This document shows positions 48,741-62,746 of a DNA stretch of 64,000 nt, in pieces. The stretch's first letter is position 1. Each line of letters begins with the position of its first letter. The stretch spans positions 744,001 through 808,000 of the forward strand of contig NW_027140807.1 in assembly GCF_036365525.1 (NCBI RefSeq). Reading direction: 5' to 3'. Both the position numbers and the translations under genes were made by a program. Below the pieces are notes generated by a model. That model was given only the letters and a program-made list of their open reading frames with translations. It had not been told where the DNA came from and did not search any database. This stretch comes from Heterodontus francisci (lineage: Eukaryota).

Positions 48741-50109
48741 CGCTGTCCATTTTTGGTTACATTGCACTATTTGTCTATCTATGTACCTCGATCATATACA
48801 TATTTGTCACCGAGTTATCTATCTATCTGTCTCTCACCTCTCTAAATATGCATCCACCATATATCTGACGTTTATCATCTATCGAACACCATTCTTTACA
48901 CCATACCAGTTTAATTATTAATATATCATGATTTGTATTTTACTGATAGTTTCATCTTCTTGCTCCACTTCGACTCAGAGTACATCAATACATTATGAAT
49001 TATTAAAAATGCTGCAGCAATGTGCTCAGATCCTTCTCGTTAAGGCAGCCTCTACCTGTAAAGAACAGATTCCGAGGTGGGGTAAATGGGTTCATGGTCC
49101 TGTTGAATGAGCTGTCGGTGGTTTAGGACAAGAGATACACATAGCTCCCTGTTGTACATGTCCCCAATGATTCATACAATGCAAAAGTGAGACACCTCCC
49201 CAGATAGGTCTCTCACTGGAACACCTGCCTCCTGACGGCGGTTTGAGCATCTGTTTAAAACAGTTAACCCACTTCTTCATGACACTGTCGCTTTTCAAAG
49301 TATCTAAGATTTCACCCCAATGTAAAACATAACCCTTGAATTGTTGTTTAGCACAGGGGAAATTAATTTTGATCTGTCTAATACAAACAAGCAACTTGAT
49401 GCGTCTTATTTGTTTATAGAATCATACAGCAGAGGCAAAGGCCTTTCAGCCCATTGAGCCTGGCCTGGCTGTTCGAAAGAGCTACCCAATGCAACACATA
49501 TCATCCTCCTTCCATCCCTCTGCATCTTACCCTATCAGCACCTCCTTTATCTCACATGTCCTCATATAGTCTCCCACTTAAATGCATCTCCACTCGTGGC
49601 CTAAACCCACTCTGTTAATGCGGGTTCCACATTCTCCCCACTCCCTGGGTAAAGTCATTGATTCTGAATTGCCTATTGGATTTATTAGTAACTGCCTTAT
49701 ATTGGTGACCCTCTGACCACCTCCAGGCGCATATCCATTGTATCTCGAGATAAGGAGGCCCAAAAGAGTTTTGCATCTCCCCTATTCAATTTCTCCCACT
49801 CCCTGCTCCTCCCCAATCGCCCTGCATTTCGTTTCAACTTCAAGGTTTTGTCCAACTGCCTTTTTGAAACTTCCTCTTGAATCTGCTTCCCTCTCACTTT
49901 CAGGCAGAGTGTTACATATTATAACTCACTGGTTTAAACAGATTCTCCTGATCTATCCCTCTGAAACTGTTAGTCATGATCCTATATCTGAGTTCTCTGT
50001 TCTCTGAAGCTCCAGCAGGGGAAATAATTTCTCCCTTTGTACTCTATCAAACAGCTGTGCAGCTAGTGTAAAACATCCCATTAGCTTGCTCTGATCTATC
50101 CCTCTGATA

Positions 50110-51040
50110 ATGTTAGTGTTTTTATCCTACTGAAGATGTTGTTAAATTTGTTTGTGTTTTTCTCCTGTTGCGGTTGTTGTTGAATTTGTTGGTGGCTTTC
50201 TCCTGTTGACGTTGTTGTTGAATTTGTTGGTGTTTCTCTCTTGTTGAGGTTGTTGCTGAATTTGTTGGTGTTTCTCTCCTGTTGAGGTTGTTGTCGAATT
50301 TGTTGGTGATTTTCTCCTGTTGAGGTTGTTGTCGTTCTGTTGGTGTTTCTCTCCTGTTGAGGTTGTTGCTTAATTTGCTGGTGTTTTATCCTACTGAAAT
50401 TGTTGTTGAATTTGTTGATAATTTTCTGTGTTGAGGTTGTTGTTGAATTTGTTGGTGTTTCTCCCCTGTTGAGGTTGTTGTCGAATTTGTTGGTGATTTC
50501 CTCCTGTTGAGGTTGTTGTCGATCTGTTGGTGTTTCTCTCCTGTTGAGGTTGTTGTCGAATTTGTTGGTGTTTTTCTCCTATTGAGGTTGTTGCTGAATT
50601 TGCTGGTGTTTTATCCTACTGAAATTGTTGTTGCATTTGTTGGTGTTGCTCTCCTGTTGAGGTTGTTGTTGAATTTGTTGTTGATTTTATCCTGCTGAAG
50701 TTGATGTTAAATTTGTTGTTACTTCTCTCCTGTTGAGGTTGTTGTTGAAATTGTTGGTGTTTCACTCCTGTCGAGGTTGTTGTTGAATTATTTGGAGCTA
50801 CTATCCTGTTGAGGTTGTTGTTGAATTTGTTGGTGATTTTCCACTGTTGAGGTTGTTGTTGAATTTGTTGGTGATTTTATCCTATGGAAGTTGCAGCATT
50901 TGTTGGTGTATCTCTTCTGTCGAGGTTGTTGTTGAACAAGTTGGGGTTTTACTGCTGTTGAGGTTGTTGGTGTTTTCATTCTGCTGACGTTGTCGTTGAA
51001 TTGGTTGGTGATTTTTTCCTGTTGAGGTTGTTGTTGAGCA
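50110..51040 (-). repeat. CAA-rich ~36-37-bp minisatellite
   Basis: (ctgttgaggttgttgttgaatttgttggtgtttctctc)n. Confidence 0.92.
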
Positions 51041-53940
51041 TAAAAACAGATGGTAGGAGTTTTTACATAAAAAGCAAGGGAGTAGCTAAAGTTGACGTTG
51101 TTTCTTTAGAGGTAAAGACAGGAAAAATCATCATGGGGAATGAGGAAATGGCAGGGGTATTGAACTAATATTTTGTGCCTGTCTTCACAGTAGAAGACAC
51201 AAGTTCCATACCAGAAATAGGCAGTTATCTGGGGCCTAAAAAGAGTGAGGAAATTAAGGATATTCTTATAAAATGAGAAAAAGTCTTGGAGAAACTTGAG
51301 GGATTAAAATCTGACAAGTCCCCTGGAACAGATGGATTATATACCAGAGTTCTAAAAGAGATAGCTGCAGAGAGAGTGGATGCGCTGGCTATAATTTTCC
51401 AGAATTCCTTAGATTCAGGAATAGTCCCATCAGGTTGAAAGCTGACAAATGTTACATGGCTTTTCAAAAAAGGAGCTAGTGAGAAATCTCAGGATAAGGT
51501 GTCAATCATTCCGGACTGAGATGAGGAGAAATGACTTCACTCAAAGTGTTGTGAATCTTTGGAATTCTCTATCCCAGAGTGTTGTGGATGCTCCTTCATT
51601 GAATACATTTAAGTCTGGGATTTTTGATCTCTCAGGTAATCAAGGGATATGGGGAGCAGGCAGGAAAGTGAAATTGAAACCCAAGATCAGCCATGATTGT
51701 ATTGTATGACGGTCAGGCTCGATGGGATATATGGTCTACAGCTGCTCCTATTTCTTGTGTTCTGTGGGTCTCAAGTCACATGTAGGCCAGACCAGGTAAG
51801 GACGGCGGATTTCCTTCCCTAAAAGTCATGAGTGAGCCAGCTGGGTGTCAGGGCACCTTAACTGAGACTCGCTTTCAATTGCAGATTTTGTGATGAAATA
51901 ATTATATTTATTCATTAATTGAATTTAAATTCCACCAGCTGACCTGGTGGGATTCTAACGCATGTCCCCTGGAGATTCACTCTAGCCTCTGGATTACCAG
52001 CTCAGTGACATGACATCTACACTGCCATCTGCCCCAGGCTAGTCTGGAACATGGTCCCATCGGGACGAATAGCCTGAATTTGTGCTGCATATTAAATCTA
52101 ATTCAATGTCACTAGCGACACCAGCCAAAGCAATGGATAAAAAGTGGGAAGACGGAGAAATTTCAAAGCATGTCTTCAGAATGCCTATTTTATCGATTGC
52201 ACTTTGCAAATCTCAGGTGCCTGTAGTTACACATTACAGCCACGAGGTGGAGATGGGGCTCCACCGCAGCCTGTGTCCCACTTGCTTCTGGAAAGACTGA
52301 GTGAGCAATGCAGCAGTGACTTGACCAATCTTCCTAATAGTCAATTCCACTAACTCTGAAACAGATTAAAATCATAACCATTCCACACAAAATAGACAAT
52401 TGGATTTCCCCAAGTCTGCACGTTCATAGTGAATGGTTTGAGCAGACTTGTGATGTACTAAAACAGATGATCGGAAGGAAGTAAAGAGAAGCAAAGTCAG
52501 AAAACAGTGAAAGAAAAATGGAGAAGGAGGAATTTTATATAAAAACACATATTCAGGGATGCACACATCACTGACAAGGTCGGTATTCATTGCCTATGCC
52601 GAATTGCCCTTAACTGAATGACTTGCTAGCCCATTTCAGAGGCAGTTAACAGTGAACTACATTGCTATCAGGTGATACATTTTCGCAGAAGGGAGACAGA
52701 GAGGAAATACAGACTTAATGACACAGGCCTAAAGAGTGTTCAAGGACAGAGTGACCTGGGGGTTAATGTGCATAGATCTTTGAAGGTGGCAGGACATATT
52801 GAGATAGAGGTTCACGAAGCTTATGGGATCTTGGGATTCATGAATAGAGGTATAAAGTACAAAAGCAGGGCAGTTATGCTCAACATATATGAGGTTTTGG
52901 TTAGGCCCCAACTTGAGCATTGAGCCCGGTTCTGGTCACCACACTTTGGGAAGGATGTAAGGTCCTTGAGAGGGTGCAGAGGCGATCTACCGGGATGGTT
53001 CCAGGGATGAGAGATTTTAGCTGCATGGTTAGTTTGGTGAAGCTGTGGTTGTTCTCCTTGGAGCATAGGAAATTGAGGGGAGATTTGACAGAAGTGTACA
53101 AAATGAAGGGAGGTTGCGGAAAATAGACAAAGAAAATCTGTTCCCATGAGCTGTTGGAGACAAGGACTGGGGGACACAGATGTAAGGTTTTGGGGAAGAG
53201 ATACAGGGGCGATGTGAGGCATATTTTGTTGACACAGCGCGGTGTAATGATGTGGAACTCACTGCCGACCTGGATGCTGGAAGCAGAGAGAATGAATGAT
53301 TTCAAAATGTAATTGGATGTGAACTTGGAGAGAAATAAACTTGCTTGGGGAATGGGACTAACTGGATTGCTGTATAGAGAGCTCACACGGACTCGAAGGG
53401 CCGAACGTGCTCCTCCTCTGCTGTTCTGACTCTGCCCTACTCGCATTCCTGTTCACATATGCTATTGCTAATAGAATATTTTAGAATTCGCTAACAGATC
53501 TGCAATCGACTCCCAGAATAACTGTGGTTTATTTTAAATCGATGGCTCTGATCACACGTTTGTAGGCGTTATTTTATTCAGCAACTCCTGCTCTGGGCTC
53601 CCCTATACCAACTAATACCTGATCACACCGTGGACCCTACTCAACCCATTGAATGAAATAGAAGTAATTCCACTCATGCCCCACAATTGTTTTGTGGAAC
53701 GAGGATCTGAGCGAGTTAACAACACTTCAATCTCAGATGACCGTGGACTGGAAGCTCAACAGTTGAAGCAATCCCCTGCCATGATAACTCACTTCCTCCC
53801 CCTTACTTTCAGGCTTGCAATATCCGTGATGCCATTTCCAGTCGTCTATGTTGCACTTTTTCCCCCATGTCTTCAACAAGAGGCGCCACATTCTTCCCAC
53901 CTCTCCTGCTGCCAGACCACATCTTGGTTACCTCACCAAG

Positions 53941-54745
53941 ATGGAATTCAAACTCCTGCTCTGGGCCTTTTCATTGCTGATGCCGCGTAAGTAACTTCAG
54001 AATGCTATTATTGTTTCATTTAACCTGAGATTCTTTAAGAAATACACTTAATGATCCGTATGTCATATCGTTCATTGATGTTGTCATTGTCCCCTTCATA
54101 TAGAAACAGACATTGAGTTATTTTGCACTGATATTTGCTTCTATAACCGGTGCATGATCTGCCAGACAGGACCTCACTCTTATTCTTAGAAAACTGGAAT
54201 AAATTACATTTAAAACTAAATTGAGATGAGAAAAGTTGGGGAATGAACTCATTGCATAGCTTTTTCAAAGAGCTAGCACAGGCCTGCTGGGATGAACGGC
54301 CTCCTTCACATGTTGGATGATTGTCTGAGCTCATATTCGATCAGAAAATGCACTGGGATGCACTGCAGACTTTTCCTGATGTGGCTGCGTTAACTGAATC
54401 TTGGACCCTTTCCTTTCTCCCCCCTTCCCACTGCCCTAGATTGTTGTCGATGTGCCTCAGTGTCCCAGACACCCAGTGAACTGACTGTGGGACATGGGGA
54501 GAGCGCAACACTGACCTGTCAGCAGAAGGACACGGAGCACATCACCATGCTCTGGTACCGCCAGCACAACGGGCAAGGCCCCGAGCTTCTGGTGACAGAC
54601 GTGTCTGGGAGCAAGCCGACTTTCCAGGAAGGGTTCGAGATTGCATTCGAGGTGGTGAGAGCCGACATTCAAAGGTGCACGCTGAAAATTCAGACTGCAG
54701 GCCCCGGAGATAGGGCGATGTATTACTGCGCCGCCACTGAAGGAG
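53941..54745 (+). CDS. TRBV: TCR beta V gene segment, intact (ends CAATEG)
   Basis: Leader 53941-53986 MEFKLLLWAFSLLMP|gtaagt. V exon 54440-54745: VSQTP..LTC..WYRQ..DRAMYYCAATEG. Confidence 0.9.
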
Positions 54746-54784
54746 CACAATGCTTCAAACCCCTTCCACACTATGACAATAACC
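54746..54784 (+). other. 23-RSS (variant)
   Basis: CACAATG-23bp-ACAATAACC. Confidence 0.85.
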
Positions 54785-55831
54785 ACTCAGGTTCATTGCT
54801 ACAGCTATCCTCTTCTGTTCATCTCCTCGCCGTCTCGGGGTCTGACTTTGTCTGGTTGCCTTTGCGAGTCTACATCTGTATCTTTCAGCTGCCAACCAGC
54901 TCTTATAGAGATAAATAGATGGCTCGGTAGCCTGAAAGACAGAGTTATAAACAGACCAATGGATAGATACATCTTAGTATCTTAGAATATCATCCTGTAA
55001 CATTTGAATCCATCACAAATATTACACAATATTGATCATCTGGTTAACAATTGAAATCAAAATATTGCCAGTTGTCATCGACATTCATAATCGCTGAATT
55101 GTTACAGCACAGAAGTAGGCCATTCGGCCCATCGTGTCTGCACTGGCTCTCCGAAAGAGCAATGGGTTTCACTGGGAAAGTAACAAACACAGCTTGTTGC
55201 AGTTGCATCATGCTGCCACTGGTCGGCGCAGTGGCTCCACTATATTTCGCGCCACCACAGGCTTTGGCGCCGCTGATCAATGAGTCAATTCCTCTGCTTC
55301 TGCAATCTTTTCACTTTAAAGGCTAAACGCAGTTAGATTGCCACTTTACAGTGATGTTATATGAGTCGCCTCCGCTGCCATCGAACTATCCACCTTCTCT
55401 TCCTCCACTACTGATTTTAATTTGCAAAAGGATGTTAATAATCACCTGTTCTGCACCGTTACCTCTGGAGTCACCCAAAGCAGCGATCGTTGCACCGCCC
55501 CTTGTTTTATTCACCTATCCTCTCCAACACCTCGCGACCTTCAGAATTCACCTCGCCTCGGCATGACAGCAAGCTCACAAAGGGAAGAAAGTGGGGATAT
55601 TTGCAGTAGAGTAGAAAGTGGGTTGGAAGGAGGAAAATGGAGAGAAGAAACAAGTGGAAAGATGCGGATGTAAGCAAACAAAAGAATGGGGGACAAATCA
55701 AAGGTAGGGGCGGGGATCATTGCCTTGAGAGAACTTCCTGTTTTGACGATCCGCTCTGCCTACACCTCATCTCTCTCCCTCACTTAAAACCCAGATTAAC
55801 CAGCAGAAAGTCTCTCAGATCCACCGCAAAC

Positions 55832-56565
55832 ATGCCTTTCAGTTTCATCGTCTTTGCTATTTCCCTTCTGGCGCTGAGTAGGTTAAAATTCTGTCCCAAT
55901 CACTCTTCTACATTTGTTTAACTGAAAGGGATGATTAATGATCTCAATAAAACTCAGCGGCGGTGACTTGTGAAATCAGTAATCGATTGTTTAATAGAAG
56001 ACAGTGAACTCATTAATCTGTCCCCTAGTTTGGGAAGACAAGTGTTATTAATATGATGTTAACTCTTTAATGTTTGCACCCACTTGAAAGCTTGTGGATT
56101 CCACGATTCTATTTAACAGTTGTAAAGATCCAGGTACTTGCAGGAAATTAGGACACAGACCGAATTTCCATCGTTAATTCAGTGCAACACCGACGTCCAT
56201 TGTCTCAATTGTAACTCCATCGATACTAGTTCATTCCCTCCAATTTCTCTTTCTAGGTGTTTGCCGGGGTGATGTGATACATCAATGGCCTCAGTCACTG
56301 GCTGTTAAACAACCAGGACCCGTGGAAATTAACTGTCTGCAGAAAGGAACAGTTCGCGATAACATGTACTGGTATCGTCAGTCCCCCGGCAGAGGATTCC
56401 TGTTAATCGGGTTTAACTTTCTAAGCAATGAACCTCAGTATGAAGATGGTTTTAAGAGCGGGTTTGTTATTACCAGGAGTCTGGACAACAAGAAATCCAC
56501 TCTGACGATCGAGAGTGTGAACGCCACGGACGAGGCGGTGTATTTCTGTGCAGCTGGTGATGGGA
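55832..56565 (+). CDS. TRBV: TCR beta V gene segment, intact (ends CAAGDG); paralog of 27952-28685
   Basis: Leader 55832-55877; V exon 56257-56565 is open with the canonical C/W/C. Confidence 0.93.
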
Positions 56566-56604
56566 CACAGCGGTTCAGAGTCATTGGCTGCCTTGACAAA
56601 AACC
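56566..56604 (+). other. 23-RSS
   Basis: CACAGCG-23bp-ACAAAAACC. Confidence 0.93.
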
Positions 56605-59600
56605 CTCACACGTCTCCCTTCAAACGGGTGCATTTAATCCAGCATTCGGTGTCGAGGAGCCCTGGGTGATCGGATGCGGATCTGCATCTGTTCAGTGCCC
56701 GTTCGAGTCGCAGAACGCCCATGTTCTGACTCCCCACAACCTCCAGACAGGCAACACACACTGTCTGTGCCCACACCTGAATAATGGCCCTTTGAAATAC
56801 AATTCAACCCGAACCTCAGATAGACCACACCTGGACAATTGTGCATACTGTGCACAATTCTCAGCTCGATATGCCTTGTGTAGACGACGCCTGAAGTGCT
56901 GAGGACAGTTCATACTTCCAAATACCTTACTTAGAGCGCTTCTGGAGCCCTGTGTACAGTTCTGGTCTTCATCGACCTTGGTTGGACCAAATCTGCAGTG
57001 CTGTGCCGAGTGCTGGTCTCCATATTACAATGAGAGGTACGAGCAGAAGTGCAAAAATGATTTACAAGAATGATACCAGAGCACAAAGGTTATAACTATC
57101 AGGAAAGATTGAAAAGTCTGGGATTCCTTTCCCCAGTCAAGAGAAGGCTGAGGGGTGACCTGATAGAGGTGCTCAAGATTATGAAGGAATATGATAGGGT
57201 AGAGGTGCGAAGATGCCTGCACTTGTAGGGAAGGCCAGGAATACATCATACTCACTAATAACTCCAAGAAATGAATTTACACAGAGTTGTAAGAATGTGG
57301 AATTCACTAGCACACAGAAATAAATGATGTGTATAACCAGATATATGTAAATGGATGCTGGATAAAAACATTAGGGAGCAGGAAATAGCACGTCATACTG
57401 ATAGGGCTGGATGAAGACATTGTTTATGTTCTTTCATCGGATGTGGGAATAAAATGTGAGAATAAGCTAACCAGCAATATAAACACAGATGGTAGGAGCT
57501 TTTACATAACAAGCAAGAGAGTAGCTAAAGTTGACGTTGGTCCCTTAGAGGTAAAGACAGGAGAAATTATCATGGGGAATGGGGAAATGGCAGGGGTATT
57601 GAACTAATATTTTGTGCCTGTCTTCACAGTTGAAGACACAAGTTCCAGACCAGAAATAGGCAGTTATCTGGGGCCTAAAAAGAGTGAGGAAATTAAGGAT
57701 ATTCATATCAATTGAGAAAAATTCTTGGAGAAACTCGAGGGATTAAAATCTGACAAGTCCCCTGGAGCAGATGGATTGCATCCCAGGGTTCTAAAAGAGA
57801 TAGCTGCAGAGAGAGTGGGGGCGCTGGTTATGATTTTCCAGAATTCCTTAGATTCAGGAATGGTCCCATCGGATTGAAAGCTAACAAATGTTCCACGGCT
57901 TTTCAAGAAAAGAGGCAGTGAGAAATCTCAGGATAAGGGATCAGTCATTCCGGACTGAGATGAGGAGAAATGACTTCACTCAAAGGGTTGTGAAACTTTG
58001 GATTTCTCTACCCCAGAGTGTTGTGGATGCTCCTTCACTGAATACATTTAAGGCTGGAATTTTTGATCCCTCAGGAAATGAAGGGATATGGGGAGCAGGC
58101 AGGAAAGTGGAATTGAAGCCCAAGATCAGCCATGATTGTATTGAATGACGGAGCAGGCTCAATGGGATATATTGTCTTCACCTGCTCCAATTTCTTGTGT
58201 TCTGTGGGTCTCAAGTCACATGTAGGCCAGACCAGGTAAGGACGGTAGATTTCCTTCCCTAAAAGAAATGAGTGAGCCAGCTGGGTGTCAGGGCCCCTTA
58301 ACAGAGACAAGCTTTCAATTGCAGATTTTCTGATGAAATGATTGTATTTATTCATTAATTGAATTTAAATTCCACCATGTGACCTGGTAAGATTCTAACG
58401 CATGTCCCGTGGAGATTCACCCCGGCCTAATTCGATGTCACCAGCGTCAGCAGCCGAAGCAATGGATAAAAAATGGGAAGACGGAGCAATTACAAAGCAT
58501 GTCTTCATAATGCCTATTTTATCAATTGCACTGTGCAAATCTCAGGTGCCTGTAGTTACACATTACAGCCACAAGATGGGGATGGAGCTCCACCGCAGCC
58601 TGAGTCCCACTTGCTTCTGTGAAGACTGACTGAGCAATGCAGCAGTGACTTGACCCATCTACCTAATAGTCAATTCCACTAACTCTGAAACAGATTAAAA
58701 TCATAACCATTCCACACAAAATAGACAACTGGATTTCCCCAAGTCTGCTCGTTCATAGTGACTGGTTTGAGCAAACACTTGTGATATACTAAAACAGATG
58801 ATCTGAAGGAAGTAAAGAGGGGAAGCAAAGTCAGAAAACAGTGAAAGAAAAATGGAGAAGAAGGAATTTCATATAAAGAAACACATTCAGGGATGTGCAT
58901 ATCACTGACAAGGTCAGCATTCATTATCTATGCCGAATTGCCCTGAACTGAATGACTTGCTCGCCCATTTCAGAGGCAGTTAACAGTAAACTACATTGCT
59001 ATCAGGTGATGCATTTTGGAAGAAGGGAGACAGAGAGGAAATACAGACTTAATGACACAGGCCTGAAGAGTGTTCAAGGACAGAGGGACCTGGGGCTTAA
59101 TGTGCATAGATCTTTGAAGTTGGCAGGACATATTGAGAGAGAGGTTCACAAAGCTTATGGGATCTTGGGATTCATGAATAGGGGTATAAAGTACAAAAGC
59201 AGGGAGATTATGCTCAACATATATAAGGTTCTGGTTAGGCCCCAACTTGAGTACTGAGCCAGGTTCTGGTCACCACACTTTAGGAAGGATGTAGGGTCCT
59301 TGAGAGGGTGCAGAGGAGATTTACTGGAATGGTTCCAGGGATGAGAGAGTTTCGCTGCATGGTTAGGTTGGTGAAGCTGGGGTTGTTCTCCTTGGAGCAA
59401 AAGAGATTGAGGGGAGATTTGATAGAAGTGTACAAAATGAAGAGAGGTTTAGATAAAGTAGACAAAGAAAAACTGTTCCCATTAGCTGATTGTACAAAGA
59501 CTAGGGGACGAAGAGGATAGGAATAAAACAGAGAATAAAAGCTGAGAAAAACTGAAATCCGATAGGGAGTTGAGGAGAATTCTTTACCCAAAATACAGAA

Positions 59601-59966
59601 TTCACTGCCAGCAGAAACTGCTGAGAGAAAGGCAGGAACAGGAAGGGGCCATTCAGGCCCTCAATTCTGTACCACCATTCAATGAGACCATGGCTGATCT
59701 GTGATCTAACTCCATATTCCCGCCTTTGCCCCACATCCCTGAATATTTATTTTGGATCACAAAAACCTATCCATCTCCGATTTCAAATTAACAATTGAAT
59801 CAGCATCAATTTCCGTTAGCAGATGAGAGTTCAAACCTCTCCACCCATTGTGTGTAAAAGTGTTTCCTAATTTCACTCCTGAAAGGTCTGGCTCTAATTT
59901 TTAGTCTTGGCCTCTTCGTCCTAGATTCCCAAACCAGCGGTAATAGTTTCTCTCTATATACTCCCA

Positions 59967-60051
59967 AAGACTAAATAAATACAACTTCAAACTGGAGACC
60001 TCCAGCCTGCGGGAGAATCACTCAGCCGTGTATTTCTGTGCCTGGAGTCTT
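59967..60051 (+). pseudogene. TRBV: 3' remnant of a TRBV30-like V (paralog of 31936-32020)
   Basis: NFKLETSSLRENHSAVYFCAWSL; RSS 60052-60090 CACAGTG-23bp-ACAAAAACA. Confidence 0.88.
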
Positions 60052-61206
60052 CACAGTGACTCAGAGAGATGGAGCAGTTCAACAAAAACACCAAAGGCAG
60101 CAGGAAACACCTGTTTCAGATAAAATTGATCGGTGCCTCGACCTACTGTTCCCTTATGCAGAGTGACAGTGTTTATTACAATAAAAAGAGTTGAGTTATG
60201 ATTGTAGTGACACACTAGATTTACAGGTACTGCCGAGGGTGCAATGAACGATTAATAAGGATGTCACGAGATCTCAGAATGTAACTATCAGGAATCAATG
60301 ACAATAATCTGGGTTTTTATGCACTGACCCTGTTTTTACCTTCTCCACAGGGACAGCAGAGGGGGATCCAGGACCATGAAATGGACAATGGCTTTGTGAA
60401 GGATTTAGTGAGAAAACTAATAGAGCAGGAGGACATGTCGATCCAGCTTGATATACATCAACAGGACAAGGACACCCACTTCATTAGAGAGAGAAAGAGT
60501 GTGTGTGTGAGAGAGAGAGAGAGAGCTAGTGAGAGAGAGGAAAAACGACAGTGTTAAAGAGACTGAGACAGAGAGGGAGACAGAGCTAGAGGCAAAGACA
60601 GCGAGACAGCAAGAGACACATAATGAGAGACAGAGAGAGAGAGACTGAGAGAGAGAGAGACAGAGAGAAAGAGAGACTGAGATAAAGAGCCTGCGGCAGA
60701 TAGGGAAATAGATCTAGAGAGAGACAGAGAAAGAACTAAAGAGATAGTAAGAGTAAGAGAGAAGGAGAGTCAGAGAGAATGAGAGAGTGGGAGACATGAC
60801 CCGAGATACATGAGGAGAGAGGGAGAGTCAGAGAGAGAAAGTGAGTGAAGATAGACTGAGATAGAGAGGGAGAGAGAGTCTGAGAAAGGAAGAGAGTGGG
60901 AGACATAACCCCAGACACATGAGGAGAGAGATAGAGAGAGACAGAGAGAGAGAGAGCACAAGAGAGCGGAAGGTAAACTGAGGCAGAGAGAGAGAGAGAG
61001 AGAGACAGAGAGAGAGAAGGAGATTGGCAACCAATTCAATTCTGATTTGTTGACCTGGGGGAATGGGCGTCACCAACATTGTATCACTTCCTAATGCTCT
61101 TCATGTTCCTCCGAATGATTTGTAAAGAGTGGATTTGGACCCTCACAAGACTCTAAGCTCCTGCTCTCACTCCTGTGTCTATTAAGAGAACATATTGTAG
61201 TGAAAG

Positions 61207-61659
61207 ATGCATCAGTTACTGTGTCTGATAATCCTGTTTCATTGTAAGTGAGTGTAAAATGCAAAGATTATCGTTAATAACTTTCCTCTCCTCTCCCTGT
61301 CTTCCTTTCATTCCCAGAAGTTCCCTGTTTGCTGATCTCCTCTTCTCTCCATCTCTCTCCCCGATGTGAACTCACAGACTATCCACCAGATTCCAGCCGC
61401 TGTCTCCAGATTGCGTGGAGAGGCAGTGGAACTGAGGTGCACCGTGCAGGGTACCAGTACTGCTAGAATGTACTGGTACAGACAATACCCGGGGAAGGAG
61501 CCGCTGTTGATGTTTTACTCCAGTACTGCTAACTATGTGGATCCAGAGGGGATGGTGGACAGTTTCACCGCCGAGAGACCGACTGACTCCCAGTTCAACC
61601 TGGAGTCCTCCAGCCTGCGGGAGAATCACTCGGCGGTGTATTTCTGTGCCTGGAGTCTT
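61207..61659 (+). pseudogene. TRBV: TRBV30-like V with an open V exon and good RSS but mutated splice acceptor
   Basis: Leader 61207-61243. The acceptor reads CG, not AG, at 61362-61363. V exon 61364-61659 is open. RSS 61660-61698 CACAGTG-23-ACAAAAACC. Confidence 0.85.
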
Positions 61660-62009
61660 CACAGTGTCTCAGAGAGATGGAGCAGTTCAACAAAAACCCC
61701 AAAGGCAACAGAAAACACCTGTTTCAGATAAAACCAGGCGGTGCTGCACCCTGTTGGGTGTTTTTATCAATGGGAACATGTTTTTCACAAGAAGACAGAG
61801 CGGATTGAAATAGAAAGAAATTAGATTCAGAGACAGTGGAAAATTGTGAGATACAATTTAGAGGAATGATACCGGTACTGAGAAGTCATAACGATCAAGG
61901 AAGTCTGAACAGGCTGGGGGATCGTTTCACCAGAAACGAGAAGACTTCAGGATGAAACTTTAGAGTTCATAGAGAGATTATGAAAGGGTTTAATGAGTGA
62001 AGAGCAGAT

Positions 62010-62076
<67 letters not shown>

Positions 62077-62377
62077 GCATGCATGCAGGCAGGCAGGCAG
62101 ACAAGTAGGTCGAGCGGAACAGAGATAGATAGGTAAATAGATATACAGACACTGTTGTGTTTTATTCACTGACAGTGTTGTCTTTCTCCACAGTGACAGC
62201 AGAGGGCGGTGTTGGACCGTGATAAGTGTCAGATTATTGATGACGTTTCAATAGGGACTTTGAAACTTGTCTATGAACCGCTCCTGATAATTAAAGAACT
62301 ACATCCCGGTTACAGACTGGTGAACTGAACACAAGGTACCGCAGATGCTGTATGGTTTAGGTTCTGGGCGCTCTGTC

Positions 62378-62746
62378 ACAAAATCATGAGAGGTATAGAC
62401 AGGGTGGATAGCAAGAAGCTTTTTCCCAGAGTGGGGGTTTCAATTACTAGAGGACACGAGTTCAAAGTGAAAGGGGAAAAGTTTAGGGGGGATATGCGTG
62501 GAAAGTTCTTTACGCAGAGGGTGGTGGGCACCTGGAACGCATTGCCAGCGGAGGTGGTAGATGCGGGCACGATGGAGTCTTTTAAGATGTATCTAGACAG
62601 ATACATGAATGGGCAGGAAGAAAAGAGATACAGAAGCTTAGAAAATAGGCGTCATGTTTAGAGAGAGGATCTGGATCGGCGCAGGCTTGGAGGGCCGAAG
62701 GGCCTGTTCCTGTGCTGTAATTATCTTGGTTCTTTGTTTGTTCTTT
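62378..62746 (+). mobile_element. 5'-truncated CR1 insertion specific to the second duplicated block
   Basis: MRGIDRVDSKKLFP..FFTQRVVGTWNALP and a CR1 tail; absent at the paralogous site ~34895. Confidence 0.85.

Noticed and set aside
21208-61698. Alternative assignment as IgH, IgNAR, IgL or NAR-TCR clusters
   Set aside because: No D/J/C follows each V as in shark Ig clusters, and the motifs (IHQWP, WYRQ, CAWS, CAAS) fit a translocon-type TCR beta V array
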